DNA of 64,000 bases from Bacteroidota bacterium (GCA_022710185.1 JAKLHK010000001.1:632-64631), one strand, 5' to 3'. Counted from the first letter of the stretch, positions 29,636 through 39,011 are shown. Notes: generated by a model from the letters alone, not told the origin. Program-made: numbers and translations.

Positions 29636-31114
29636 TCAGATATCTTTCCCGCTGATCTGCCATTCCACACCATCGCGGGTGTCCTTGAGGACAATGCCGA
29701 CCTTCCCCAGTTCGTCGCGGATCTCGTCGGCGGTCTGAAAGTCCTTACGGGCCTTGGCTTCGGCCCTCAGCCGGATCAGCAGGCCCACCACATCAGACAT
29801 CAGGCTGCTTTCGCTTCCTCCCACTTCCTCCTTAAGTCCAAGGATATCCACCACAAAAGATTCGACCCATTCCCTCAGCCCATGCAGGTCCGTAGCGGTG
29901 AGGCTGCCCTTTCCGTCCTTGATGCTGTTGATGATGCGCACTGCATCGAAGAGGTGGGCAATGGCAATGGGACTATTGAAGTCGTCGTCCATGGCGGCAT
30001 AGCATTTCGCCTGGAGGCCAGCCACATCGAAGGTACTTTCCGATCCAGGCTTCAGCTGCTCCAGCACTTTACGCCCGGCCATCAGGCGCTCCAGTCCTTT
30101 CTCTGCCGCCATCAGTGCTTCATTGGAGAAATCGAGGGTGCTGCGGTAGTGAGCCTGCAGGATGAAGAAGCGTATGGTCATGGGGCTGAAGGCCTTCTCC
30201 AGCCGTACATGGGCCCCGTTAAAGAACTCATTGAGGGTGATGAAGTTGCCTAATGATTTCCCCATCTTCTGCCCTTCGATGGTGATCATGTTGTTGTGCA
30301 TCCAGTATTTCACCGGATCCTTGCCGTGTACGGTACACGACTGGGCAATCTCCGCCTCGTGGTGGGGGAAGAGCAGGTCCATACCTCCGCCGTGGATGTC
30401 GAAAAGGTCGCCGAGGTAACGGTTGCTCATGGCCGAACATTCCAGGTGCCAGCCGGGGAAGCCCTCGCTCCAGGGACTGGGCCAACGCATGATGTGTTCG
30501 GGTTGGGCCTTTTTCCACAGCGCAAAATCAAAGGGGTTGCGCTTTTCGTCCTGTCCTTCCAGGGCGCGGGTGTTGGCGAGCAGGTCATCCAGTACCCTGC
30601 CGCTGAGCTTGCCGTAGCGGTGCCCGCGGTTATAGGCCTCTACGTCAAAGTATACTGAGCCATTCACTTCGTACCCCATTCCCGCCTTCAGTATCTCCCT
30701 GACCATCTCGATCTGTTCGATGATGTGCCCGGAGGCCCTGGGCTCGATGGACGGGCTCTTCACGTTCAGCTGGGCCATATTGAGGTGGTAGCGGTCGGTA
30801 AAATACTGTACCACTTCCATGGGTTCGAGTTGTTCCAGCCGGGCCTTGCGGGCAATCTTGTCTTCCCCTTCATCGGCATCGTTCTCCAGGTGGCCTACAT
30901 CGGTGATGTTGCGCACGTAGCGTACCTTATATCCCAGGTGGCTGAGGTAGCGGAAGACCAGGTCGAAGGTGATGGCCGGACGGGCATGCCCCAGGTGGGC
31001 ATCGCCATAAACTGTGGGCCCGCACACATAGAGTCCGACAAAAGGAGGGTTGAGCGGTTCAAACCTTTCCTTGGTCCGGGAAAGGGTGTTGTAGATCTGG
31101 ATCTCGCGCTGCAT
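29636..31114 (-). CDS. cysS: Cysteine--tRNA ligase
   Basis: 492 aa with HIGH-type HLGHARP and KMSKS-type KMGKS. Confidence 0.93.
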   Translation of the reverse strand: MQREIQIYNTLSRTKERFEPLNPPFVGLYVCGPTVYGDAHLGHARPAITFDLVFRYLSHLGYKVRYVRNITDVGHLENDADEGEDKIARKARLEQLEPMEVVQYFTDRYHLNMAQLNVKSPSIEPRASGHIIEQIEMVREILKAGMGYEVNGSVYFDVEAYNRGHRYGKLSGRVLDDLLANTRALEGQDEKRNPFDFALWKKAQPEHIMRWPSPWSEGFPGWHLECSAMSNRYLGDLFDIHGGGMDLLFPHHEAEIAQSCTVHGKDPVKYWMHNNMITIEGQKMGKSLGNFITLNEFFNGAHVRLEKAFSPMTIRFFILQAHYRSTLDFSNEALMAAEKGLERLMAGRKVLEQLKPGSESTFDVAGLQAKCYAAMDDDFNSPIAIAHLFDAVRIINSIKDGKGSLTATDLHGLREWVESFVVDILGLKEEVGGSESSLMSDVVGLLIRLRAEAKARKDFQTADEIRDELGKVGIVLKDTRDGVEWQISGKDI

Positions 31115-31137
31115 CGGCCGGGGTAATGGAACAGCCG

Positions 31138-31145
31138 CAAAGATA
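31138..31145 (-). promoter_or_regulatory. -7 box TATCTTTG (minus strand) for cysS
   Basis: CAAAGATA on the plus strand, 24 nt upstream of the ATG at 31114. Confidence 0.45.
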
Positions 31146-31177
31146 CCTATTTCAGGACTAAGCCGCTTTGGCCAGGC

Positions 31178-32596
31178 TTACCGTGTTCCCCAAAGGATAT
31201 TGATCCACTGCGCGATCTCGGTATTGTTGAGGTACTTGCCCCTCACCGGGTCTACTTCATCGGCGAAGAGAAGTGCCCGTTCCGAGCCGGCCCCGCGGGC
31301 AAACAAGGGGATTAGCTGGTTGGTATGGTTGTCGTGGTTCCATTGCATCCCGGGCATGGTGCCCTGTCCGTGGTTAAGCACCGGGAGCTTGACGTTGAAG
31401 CCTTCCTGCTGGACCGGGCCGGTAAGGTAACCGCATTCGTGGTCACCGGTAACGATGAGCAGGGTCTCCTCCCAGCTGCTGTGGACCTCTACCCATTCGA
31501 TCAGGGCATCCACCGTACGATTGAAGTCGTCCATCTCCTCGATCATCCGTCCGCTCTGGTTATCGTGCGAGGCCCAGTCGATGGCCCCCCCTTCTACCAT
31601 AAGAAAGAAGCCTTCCGGATCCCCGTCCAGCACATTCAGTGCTGCCAGGGTCATCTCCCTCAGTGTGGGCATCCCTACAATGAAAGGAGCAGCGAAGGCC
31701 GGGGCTTTCCCATCGCCCGGACGGTCCTGCTGCAAGGTGGAAGCCACGGGGGCCAACCCCAGCACGCGGGTGGGAGCAGGTCCGGAAGCCAGCCGCAGGA
31801 AGCCTTCGCGGTCCTGTACCAGGCTCCAGGGGTCGGGGGTACCATCGCCGTTTGCATCCAATACCTGATTATTGCCTGAAGGAGCGGCCGTCCTGAACTC
31901 CGTCCTTCCGGCCAGCAGGTCTTCCCAGGTCTCCTTGCCCCCCACATACTTATAGTTGTCGGTGACGCTAAGTGTTTCGCCTCCTTTGCCGTACTGCGGG
32001 TGTCCGCAGCCCATGATCACGTCGACCCGGCTGTCGAGCAGCATGTCCCGGGCGATCTGGTCATAGTTGTTCCGATGAACATTATGGGCCACGAAACCGG
32101 CCGGGGTGGCGTGGCTGATGGGGACACTGGTGACCACCCCGGTGGCCTTGCCCAGGGCCTCGGCCATTTCGGTGAGGTTGGGCAGGGGTTTCCCATGAAT
32201 GTCCATCCCGATGGCGCCATTCACCGTTTTCTGTCCGCAGGCCATGGCCGTAGCGGCGGCAGCAGAACAGGTGGCCCCCTTTCTGGGATAATCTGCATCG
32301 GACCATGCCCGGGCCGGGTCGTAGCCCGTAGCAAACTGCTTCAGGTCTTCCCCATCCTTCAGTTTGGCGGGGTAGGTGCTCATGAAGAGCCGAAGCGGAA
32401 AGGACTCGTAGGCCTGGGCCTCAGCTTTCCCATTGAGAAAATAATTGGCGGCCAGGATGTGGTTCTGGCTCCATCCGTCGGAGATGCAGAGGATCACGTT
32501 CTTCGGAGGCTTACGGTGGGCTGTCTGGGCCACTCCATTGGCAGGAATGATAAAATATACGGCCAGGGTGAGAATGATAAGGCGAAGTATGGTCAT
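31178..32596 (-). CDS. Alkaline phosphatase (PhoA family), secreted
   Basis: 472 aa with a signal peptide and motifs ILCISDGW, HATPAGF and GGAIDWASHDN...TGDHECG. Confidence 0.85.
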   Translation of the reverse strand: MTILRLIILTLAVYFIIPANGVAQTAHRKPPKNVILCISDGWSQNHILAANYFLNGKAEAQAYESFPLRLFMSTYPAKLKDGEDLKQFATGYDPARAWSDADYPRKGATCSAAAATAMACGQKTVNGAIGMDIHGKPLPNLTEMAEALGKATGVVTSVPISHATPAGFVAHNVHRNNYDQIARDMLLDSRVDVIMGCGHPQYGKGGETLSVTDNYKYVGGKETWEDLLAGRTEFRTAAPSGNNQVLDANGDGTPDPWSLVQDREGFLRLASGPAPTRVLGLAPVASTLQQDRPGDGKAPAFAAPFIVGMPTLREMTLAALNVLDGDPEGFFLMVEGGAIDWASHDNQSGRMIEEMDDFNRTVDALIEWVEVHSSWEETLLIVTGDHECGYLTGPVQQEGFNVKLPVLNHGQGTMPGMQWNHDNHTNQLIPLFARGAGSERALLFADEVDPVRGKYLNNTEIAQWINILWGTR

Positions 32597-32628
32597 GATG
32601 ATGGTGCTAATGCTGGTGCAAAGAACGC

Positions 32629-32655
32629 AAAAACGGGCCGGAGGTTTACCGGCCC
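32629..32655 (-). terminator. Rho-independent terminator after the AOS operon
   Basis: On the minus strand: GGGCCGG-7 nt-CCGGCCC followed by GTTTTT. Confidence 0.6.
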
Positions 32656-32728
32656 GGGGTTATGTTATGGTTAAGGAATAGGAGTTTATGCAGGCTGCCG
32701 GCATTGCCACCGGTGGAATGCCCCGGTC

Positions 32729-33976
32729 TTACAATCCGTATTGATCGATGATCTCTTGCTTGGTTTTTCCCAGGATATCATATTTCTTGCCGACTTTTCG
32801 GAAGGCTTCCAGGGCTTTATCCAGGTGATGGGTCTCATGTCCTGCAGAGATCTGGGTCCGGATCCTTGCCGCCCCTTTCGCTACCACCGGGAAGAAAAAT
32901 CCAATGGCATAAATGCCCTCACCGAACAGATCGATGGAGAATTTCTGTGCAAGGCTGGCATTGAAAAGCATCACCGGGACGATCGGGGTATCGCCCGGTT
33001 GCAGTATCAGGCCAGCCTCCTCCAGTCCCTTGCGCCAATATGCTGCGTTCTTCTCGAGCTTATCCCTGCGCTCGGTGCTGCGCGAAAGGATGTCGAACAC
33101 CTTGAGGACGCCGGAAACGACAACAGGCGCCATGGTGTTGGAGAAAAGATAAGGCCTGGCTTTCTGACGGCACATTTCCACGATCTCCCTGCGGCCCGAA
33201 ACACAACCGCCGGAAGCCCCGCCCAGGGCCTTGCCAAAGGTGGTGGTAATGATATCGATCTTTCCGAAAACCCCGCACTTTTCGTGTGTACCTCTGCCTG
33301 TCTTCCCGATGAACCCGCTGGAATGCGATTCATCGACGAAGAGCAGGGCGTCATACTTCTCGCAAAGGGTCACCATTTCATCGAGCCTGGCGGTATCTCC
33401 GTCCATGGAGAACACCCCGTCCGTGATCACGACCTTGATCCGCTTATCTGAATGGAGCTCGAGTTTGCTTTCGAGGTGCTCCATATTGGAATGCTTGAAC
33501 GTATCGTGAATGGCCGGGCAGAGCCGCATCCCGTCCACTATGGAAGCGTGCACCAGCCGATCGGATATCATTACATCCTCAGCGGTCATGAAGGCCTCAA
33601 ATACCCCGGTGTTGGCATCCATGCAGGAGGGGAACAAAACGGTATCCTCGGTCCCGAGGAATTCCGTCACTTTCTGCTCGAGCTCGCGGTGGATGTCCTG
33701 AGTGCCACAGATAAACCTGACGGAGGACATCCCGTACCCGCGGTGGTCGAGGCCCCGGTGTGCTGCTTCGATTACCTCCGGATGGCTGGACAGCCCCAGA
33801 TAGTTGTTGGAGCACATATTGATGACTCTCTTCAGGGAAGAGCCCGCCGGAAATTCAACCTCGATATCCGCCGATTGCACCGAATGGATGAACCTTTCCT
33901 TCTTGAAGATACCTGCTTGCTCAATGGCACTGAGCTCCCGCTGCAGTATTCCCTTAATGTGACCGCTGTATCCCAT
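32729..33976 (-). CDS. PLP-dependent alpha-oxoamine synthase, Kbl (glycine C-acetyltransferase) paralog
   Basis: 415 aa. It aligns along its whole length with the Kbl at 36553..37746 (NNYLGLSSHPEV, SVRFICGTQDIH, DGVFSMDGD, TFGKALGG). It also has a ~17-aa C-terminal extension (YDILGKTKQEIIDQYGL). Confidence 0.85.
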   Translation of the reverse strand: MGYSGHIKGILQRELSAIEQAGIFKKERFIHSVQSADIEVEFPAGSSLKRVINMCSNNYLGLSSHPEVIEAAHRGLDHRGYGMSSVRFICGTQDIHRELEQKVTEFLGTEDTVLFPSCMDANTGVFEAFMTAEDVMISDRLVHASIVDGMRLCPAIHDTFKHSNMEHLESKLELHSDKRIKVVITDGVFSMDGDTARLDEMVTLCEKYDALLFVDESHSSGFIGKTGRGTHEKCGVFGKIDIITTTFGKALGGASGGCVSGRREIVEMCRQKARPYLFSNTMAPVVVSGVLKVFDILSRSTERRDKLEKNAAYWRKGLEEAGLILQPGDTPIVPVMLFNASLAQKFSIDLFGEGIYAIGFFFPVVAKGAARIRTQISAGHETHHLDKALEAFRKVGKKYDILGKTKQEIIDQYGL

Positions 33977-33987
33977 GGCTGTATGTC

Positions 33988-34236
33988 TTATTTGTTCATG
34001 AATTCGGTAACGAGCGCCGCGATCTTGTTCACCGTGTCGAAGGCCTCAGGGGTTGCCCTGTCGTCGGGAAGGCTGATGCTGTATTTGTTCTCCAGGAATC
34101 GCTTCAATGATACCATGGAGAAGGAATCCACGATGCCGGCGGAAATGAGCGGGCTGTCGAAAGTCAGTTCTTCATCCGGATCATCGAGGTACTCATCGAC
34201 GACATAATTGAGGATGGTGGTTTTCAGGTCTTCCAT
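33988..34236 (-). CDS. Stand-alone acyl/peptidyl carrier protein
   Basis: 82 aa, acidic, four-helix-bundle-sized. The phosphopantetheine serine sits in GIVDSFSMVSL. It lies 11 nt upstream of the AOS gene. Confidence 0.75.
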   Translation of the reverse strand: MEDLKTTILNYVVDEYLDDPDEELTFDSPLISAGIVDSFSMVSLKRFLENKYSISLPDDRATPEAFDTVNKIAALVTEFMNK

Positions 34237-34296
34237 AATGTTGCATTTTTATTGTGTGGAGAAACTCCCGGCGGAGATGCCGGCATGGGTTGGTTA

Positions 34297-36003
34297 TTAT
34301 TCGTCATCTTCCAGGGTGGAGGTATCCCCGATCTCTTCTCCCCATTCCCTGGCATGGAGTATCCTGCGCATGATCTTGCCACTCCTCGTCTTGGGAAGGG
34401 AACCTACAAATTCAATCTCCTGCGGCATAGCCAGGGGGGAGAGTTTCTTGCGGATGAAGTTCATTATTTCAAGTTCGGTATCCTGATTGGCCAAGTATCC
34501 ATCCTTCAGCAGTACATAGGCCTTGACCACTTCCATATTGACCTCATCAGGTTTGGCCACCACAGCGGATTCGGCCACTGCCTCGTATTCCAGAAGGGCC
34601 GATTCCACCTCGAAGGGGCTGATCAGGTGACCCCCGGTATTGATCACATCATCATCGCGGCCAACGAACCAGAAATAGCCTTCCGCATCGAGCTTGGCGC
34701 GGTCGCCCGGCAGGTACCATCCGTTCCTGAACTTCTCCTGATAAACCTTTTCGTTTTTCCAGTATCCACGCATCATTGCGGGCCAGCCAGGCCTGAAGCC
34801 GATCAGTCCAACGATTCCCGGTTCGGTAATGGGCTCGAAGGTTTTGGCGTTGAGCACAGCGCCTTGTATCCCCGGGAAGCATTTCCCCATCGATCCAGGT
34901 TTTATCGGCATACCCGGGAGGTTGGTGATCATGATCGACCCGGTCTCTGTTTGCCAGTATGTGTCGAGGAAAGGCTTACCCAGCACACGCTCCGACCATA
35001 TCACGGCCTCAGCGTTCAGTGGCTCGCCCACGCTGGCCAGGTGGCGCAGGCTCGACAGGTCTGCACGCTTCACCACCTCTTCCCCGGCCTTCATGAGGGA
35101 GCGTATGGCGGTGGGGGCAGAATACCACATTGAAATGCTGTGCTTATCAATGAAGCGGTACCAGGCTTCGGCCGAAAACCCTGCATCCAGCACGCACTGG
35201 GTAATGCCCAGGCTCCAGGGGCCGATGATCCCATATGAGGTTCCGGTAACCCAGCCCGGGTCGGCCGTGCACCAGTATATATCGTTTTCCTGAAGGTCGA
35301 GCACCCATTTGGTGGTCAGGTACTGTGAGATCAGGGAGTAATGGACATGCTGCACCCCCTTGGGTTGGCCGGTAGTGCCGGAGGTATAATGGAGTACAGA
35401 AGGGGATTCAGCCCGGGTCGGGAAAATGTCGAAGGCATCTACTGTCTCAGCCTCGGCCAGGTTGAACACCGATTCCCGGTCTTCAAGCGCCTTTTTTCCA
35501 TCGTGGTCGACAATGATGATATGCTCGAGCTGGGGCAGCCTGTCGAGGATTTTTCTCACCTTGCCCACATGCTTGCGCTGGGTTAAAATGGCCCGGGTTC
35601 CGGCATTATCGAGCCTCACAAAGAGCGACTCATCGCCAAAAGCCGAGAACAGCGGCTGGGCTACCGCTCCTATCTTGAGAATGCCAAGGAAACCGATGTA
35701 GAGTTCCGGTATACGGTCCATGAACAGACATACCCTGTCTTCGTCGCGAATCCCCAGCTTTCGCAGGTGAGCGCCGATGGTGTTGCTGGCCAGGCGCAGC
35801 TCGTTGAATGTATACCTTTTCTCGTGCCCGCAAACGTTTTCCCAGAGGAGAGCCAGTTTGTCGCCCTTTCCCTGACGGCAGATCCTGTCGGAACAATGCC
35901 AGCCAATATTCAGGATTCCCTCAGGCCGGTAGTCGAGTTCCTCGTGGACCTCAGACCAATCGGAATGGGCCAGCCTTTCTTTGTAATCGCCAATGTTGGA
36001 CAT
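34297..36003 (-). CDS. Adenylate-forming acyl-CoA/acyl-carrier-protein ligase, acetyl/propionyl-CoA-synthetase-like
   Basis: Track ORF 34297..36144 overlaps acpS, so I start at MSNIGDYKERL (ATG 36003). Motifs are YTSGTTGQPKGV, WCTADPGWVTGTSY and GDRAKLDAEGYFWFVGRDDDVI. Confidence 0.8.
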   Translation of the reverse strand: MSNIGDYKERLAHSDWSEVHEELDYRPEGILNIGWHCSDRICRQGKGDKLALLWENVCGHEKRYTFNELRLASNTIGAHLRKLGIRDEDRVCLFMDRIPELYIGFLGILKIGAVAQPLFSAFGDESLFVRLDNAGTRAILTQRKHVGKVRKILDRLPQLEHIIIVDHDGKKALEDRESVFNLAEAETVDAFDIFPTRAESPSVLHYTSGTTGQPKGVQHVHYSLISQYLTTKWVLDLQENDIYWCTADPGWVTGTSYGIIGPWSLGITQCVLDAGFSAEAWYRFIDKHSISMWYSAPTAIRSLMKAGEEVVKRADLSSLRHLASVGEPLNAEAVIWSERVLGKPFLDTYWQTETGSIMITNLPGMPIKPGSMGKCFPGIQGAVLNAKTFEPITEPGIVGLIGFRPGWPAMMRGYWKNEKVYQEKFRNGWYLPGDRAKLDAEGYFWFVGRDDDVINTGGHLISPFEVESALLEYEAVAESAVVAKPDEVNMEVVKAYVLLKDGYLANQDTELEIMNFIRKKLSPLAMPQEIEFVGSLPKTRSGKIMRRILHAREWGEEIGDTSTLEDDE

Positions 36004-36037
36004 ATTTACGCTCGGATTGGTTAGGTTCGGGTGGTTC

Positions 36038-36412
36038 TCAACACTCCAGCACAACGGTAGCCATGGCGAAATGCCGAATATGGGACAGCGATACATGGAT
36101 CGCCCTGATATTATGTGTATGGGCATACTCCCCGCATTTACCATGCAGCCGGATCATCGGTTTCCCCAGCTCATCCCTGAGGATCTCCACTTCTCTGTAA
36201 GCCATTCCATGGCGCCATCCCGTGCCAAAGGCCTTAAAACACGCTTCCTTGGCTGCAAGGCGCGCCGCAAAATGCTGTTCACTATGCTTCATCGACCGGC
36301 AATACGCCAGCTCGGATGGGGTAAACAGCTGCTCACATAAGCCTTCAACCTTCTCGAGTTGCTCCTTAACCCTGGAAGTCTCGATCAGGTCTGTACCAAT
36401 GCCGTATATCAA
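36038..36412 (-). CDS. acpS: Holo-[acyl-carrier-protein] synthase (4'-phosphopantetheinyl transferase)
   Basis: 124 aa with the MIYGIGTDLIETSRV N-terminus and SLSH near the C-terminus, the typical AcpS layout. Confidence 0.85.
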   Translation of the reverse strand: MIYGIGTDLIETSRVKEQLEKVEGLCEQLFTPSELAYCRSMKHSEQHFAARLAAKEACFKAFGTGWRHGMAYREVEILRDELGKPMIRLHGKCGEYAHTHNIRAIHVSLSHIRHFAMATVVLEC

Positions 36413-36552
36413 GAAGTCCAGGTGTTTATGGGACTTCCAAGGTAGGAAATTAGAAAAGGCGCAACGAAGGTGCCCTGGCAGGACGCCTAATTCAGATTGA
36501 TTTTACATAAGCAATGCTCAATAACACTTGTCAGTGAGCAAGGATATTGCTG

Positions 36553-37746
36553 TTAACCCGCAATAACCCCAAGTTCCTTGCCTACTTTCGAGAAGGCCTC
36601 AAGGGCTTTATCCAGGTGTTCCCGGCTATGCGCGGCGGAAAGCTGTACCCTGATCCTGGCCTGTCCTTTGGCAACCACCGGATAGTAGAAGCCAATGACA
36701 TATACACCCTCTTCCAGCAAACGTGCGGCGAACACCTGGGACAGTTTGGCATCGTACAGCATAATGGCCAGGATCGCAGATTCGGATTCCTTGACATCGA
36801 ACCCTGCTGCCCGTATGCCTTTTTTGAAATACTCTGCGTTGTCCAGTACCCGGTCGTGCAATTCGGTGGTCTCACTGAGCATATCAAATACCCGGATCGC
36901 TGCGCCCACGATGGAAGGGGCGAGTGAATTGGAAAAAAGGTAAGGGCGTGAACGTTGGCGGAGGAGGTCGATTATCTCCTGACGGCCGGTGATGAAGCCC
37001 CCCATAGCACCCCCCAGGGCCTTGCCCAGGGTACCGGTGATAATGTCGACCCGGCCCATGACATTATGATGTTCGGCAGTACCCCGTCCTGTTTTGCCGA
37101 TCACGCCGGACGCGTGGCATTCATCGATCATCACCAGGGCGTCGTACTTCTCGGCCAGGTCGCAGATCTGGTCCAGCTTGGCAATATCCCCATCCATAGA
37201 GAACACCCCATCGGTGGCAATGATGCGGAACCTGCGGTCGGTGGCCATTTTCAGGTGGTCTTCCAGGTCCTCCATATTGTTGTGCTTGTAGCGGTAGCGG
37301 TGGGCCTTGCTCAGACGGACGCCATCAATGATGGACGCATGGTTAAGTTCATCGGAGAAGATGGCATCGTCTGCCCCGAACAGGGGTTCAAACACCCCTC
37401 CATTGGCATCGAACGCTGCCGCATACAATATGGTGTCCTCTGTTGCGAAAAAGGCGGCAATCTTCTTTTCCAGGGTCTTGTGAATATCCTGGGTACCACA
37501 GATGAAACGTACAGAGGACAGGCCGTACCCGTGGGTGTCCAGTGCCTTTTTGGCTGCAATGATGAGCTCAGGGTTCGATGACAGGCCCAGGTAATTGTTC
37601 GCACAGAAATTGAGCACCTCCCGGCCATCTTCAAGCCGGATCTCTGCCCCCTGAGGACCGGTAATAATGCGTTCCTTTTTATAAAGACCTGCATCCCTGA
37701 TCGACTGCAACTCCTGTTGCAGGTACTCCTTCATTTTCCCATACAT
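36553..37746 (-). CDS. kbl: Glycine C-acetyltransferase (2-amino-3-ketobutyrate CoA ligase)
   Basis: 397 aa, colinear with E. coli Kbl as I recall it (LYKKERIITGPQGAEI, NNYLGL, GTLGKALGG, GFYYPVVAKGQARIRVQLSAAH). It is divergent from tdh. The start could be Met5 (37734). Confidence 0.88.
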   Translation of the reverse strand: MYGKMKEYLQQELQSIRDAGLYKKERIITGPQGAEIRLEDGREVLNFCANNYLGLSSNPELIIAAKKALDTHGYGLSSVRFICGTQDIHKTLEKKIAAFFATEDTILYAAAFDANGGVFEPLFGADDAIFSDELNHASIIDGVRLSKAHRYRYKHNNMEDLEDHLKMATDRRFRIIATDGVFSMDGDIAKLDQICDLAEKYDALVMIDECHASGVIGKTGRGTAEHHNVMGRVDIITGTLGKALGGAMGGFITGRQEIIDLLRQRSRPYLFSNSLAPSIVGAAIRVFDMLSETTELHDRVLDNAEYFKKGIRAAGFDVKESESAILAIMLYDAKLSQVFAARLLEEGVYVIGFYYPVVAKGQARIRVQLSAAHSREHLDKALEAFSKVGKELGVIAG

Positions 37747-37887
37747 CGTATAGCGTTCTTTGGTTGTAGAATATTCAATAAGCGCACGCGCCAGCCATCA
37801 AATCAAAGATCTATTATCCTGAATACCAGACTAATTCATCAGGACTCAAAATTACAATGCCAGCCGGCAAGCCGCCGCAAATTTATT

Positions 37888-37895
37888 TAATTTTG
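37888..37895 (+). promoter_or_regulatory. -7 box TAATTTTG for tdh
   Basis: TAnnTTTG match 45 nt upstream of the ATG at 37940. Confidence 0.4.
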
Positions 37896-37939
37896 AATCG
37901 CACTATTGTTAAGTCATTAACACAATAATCAACCCACGG

Positions 37940-38890
37940 ATGAAAAAGATCATGGTGATCGGGGCGCTCGGACAGATCGGTTCAGAGCTCACGGTATTGC
38001 TGAGGCAGAAGTATGGGGTGGAGAATGTCATTGCCACCGACTGGAAGACCAAGACCGACAACAAGGTACTGGCGGAAGGACCGCTGGAGTATACCGACGT
38101 GATGGACAAGCCCTCGCTTCGCATCGTGATCGAGAAGCACCAGATTGATGCCATCATTCATATGGCGGCCATCCTGAGCGCCACCGGGGAGGAGCACCCC
38201 AACCTGGCCTGGAATGTGAACATGGGCGGGCTTTACAATGTACTGGAGCTGGCCCGGGCGTACAATATGGAGCGGGTGCTGGTGCCCTCCTCTATCGCCG
38301 TATTCGGTCCGGAAACCCCGCGGGAGGATACTCCCCAGGAGACCATACTGCGGCCCACCACCATGTACGGAGTTACCAAAGTGGCCGGGGAGCTGCTGGG
38401 AGATTACTATGTGCGGAGGTTCGGCCTGGATGTACGTGGACTGCGCTATCCCGGCATTATATCTTCCGAGACCCTGCCCGGGGGCGGCACCACCGACTAT
38501 GCCGTGGCCATTTATTATGATGCCATCCGTTACAAGAAATACACCTGCTTCGTTAAGGAGGACACCCGGCTGCCGATGATGTATATGCCGGATTGCCTGA
38601 AGGCGACGATGGACCTTTTGCACGCGCCATTTGATAACCTGGTGCACCACAACGACTTCAACGTAGGTGCAATGAGTTTCACCGCCGGAGAACTGGCTGA
38701 ATCAATACGAAAGTATATCCCTGATTTCCAGATTGAATACAAGCCTGATCACCGGCAGAAGATCGCCGACTCATGGCCCATGAGCGTGGATGACAGCGCA
38801 GCCCGCGCCGAGTGGGGCTGGACCCCAAGCTACGACCTGGACGCCATGACCCGCGATATGCTGGAGAAACTGGAGCAGAAGCTCGGGTAA
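37940..38890 (+). CDS. tdh: L-threonine 3-dehydrogenase, SDR/epimerase-type
   Basis: 316 aa with MKKIMVIGALGQIGSEL (Rossmann), an extended-SDR layout, and pairing with kbl. Confidence 0.8.
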   Translation: MKKIMVIGALGQIGSELTVLLRQKYGVENVIATDWKTKTDNKVLAEGPLEYTDVMDKPSLRIVIEKHQIDAIIHMAAILSATGEEHPNLAWNVNMGGLYNVLELARAYNMERVLVPSSIAVFGPETPREDTPQETILRPTTMYGVTKVAGELLGDYYVRRFGLDVRGLRYPGIISSETLPGGGTTDYAVAIYYDAIRYKKYTCFVKEDTRLPMMYMPDCLKATMDLLHAPFDNLVHHNDFNVGAMSFTAGELAESIRKYIPDFQIEYKPDHRQKIADSWPMSVDDSAARAEWGWTPSYDLDAMTRDMLEKLEQKLG

Positions 38891-38916
38891 ACAAGGCTCA
38901 GTGCTCAGTGCTAAAT

Positions 38917-38938
38917 GCTCAGTAATTTATTACTGAGC
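38917..38938. terminator. Hairpin between convergent tdh and hsdR
   Basis: GCTCAGTAAT / ATTACTGAGC inverted repeat. It is preceded by two further GCTCAGT words. Confidence 0.45.
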
Positions 38939-39011
38939 GCTGAATGTTGCCCCCTGAAGCCGCCGGTAACTCAATATAGGGTTTCTCTGTTCAGCCCGGA
39001 AAGCCTGGAAA

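Noticed and set aside
36004-36144. The longer start of the adenylating-enzyme ORF (to 36144), which overlaps acpS by 107 nt.
   Set aside because: The extra 47 residues are non-homologous and overlap the well-supported acpS coding region. The ATG at 36003 gives a normal N-terminus and a 34-nt intergenic gap.
36413-36552. A dedicated promoter or riboswitch upstream of acpS. A 7-bp hairpin GAAGTCC...GGACTTC lies at 36415-36439.
   Set aside because: There is no TAnnTTTG match on the minus strand and no recognisable riboswitch core. I noted this only as part of the read-through question in the kbl finding.
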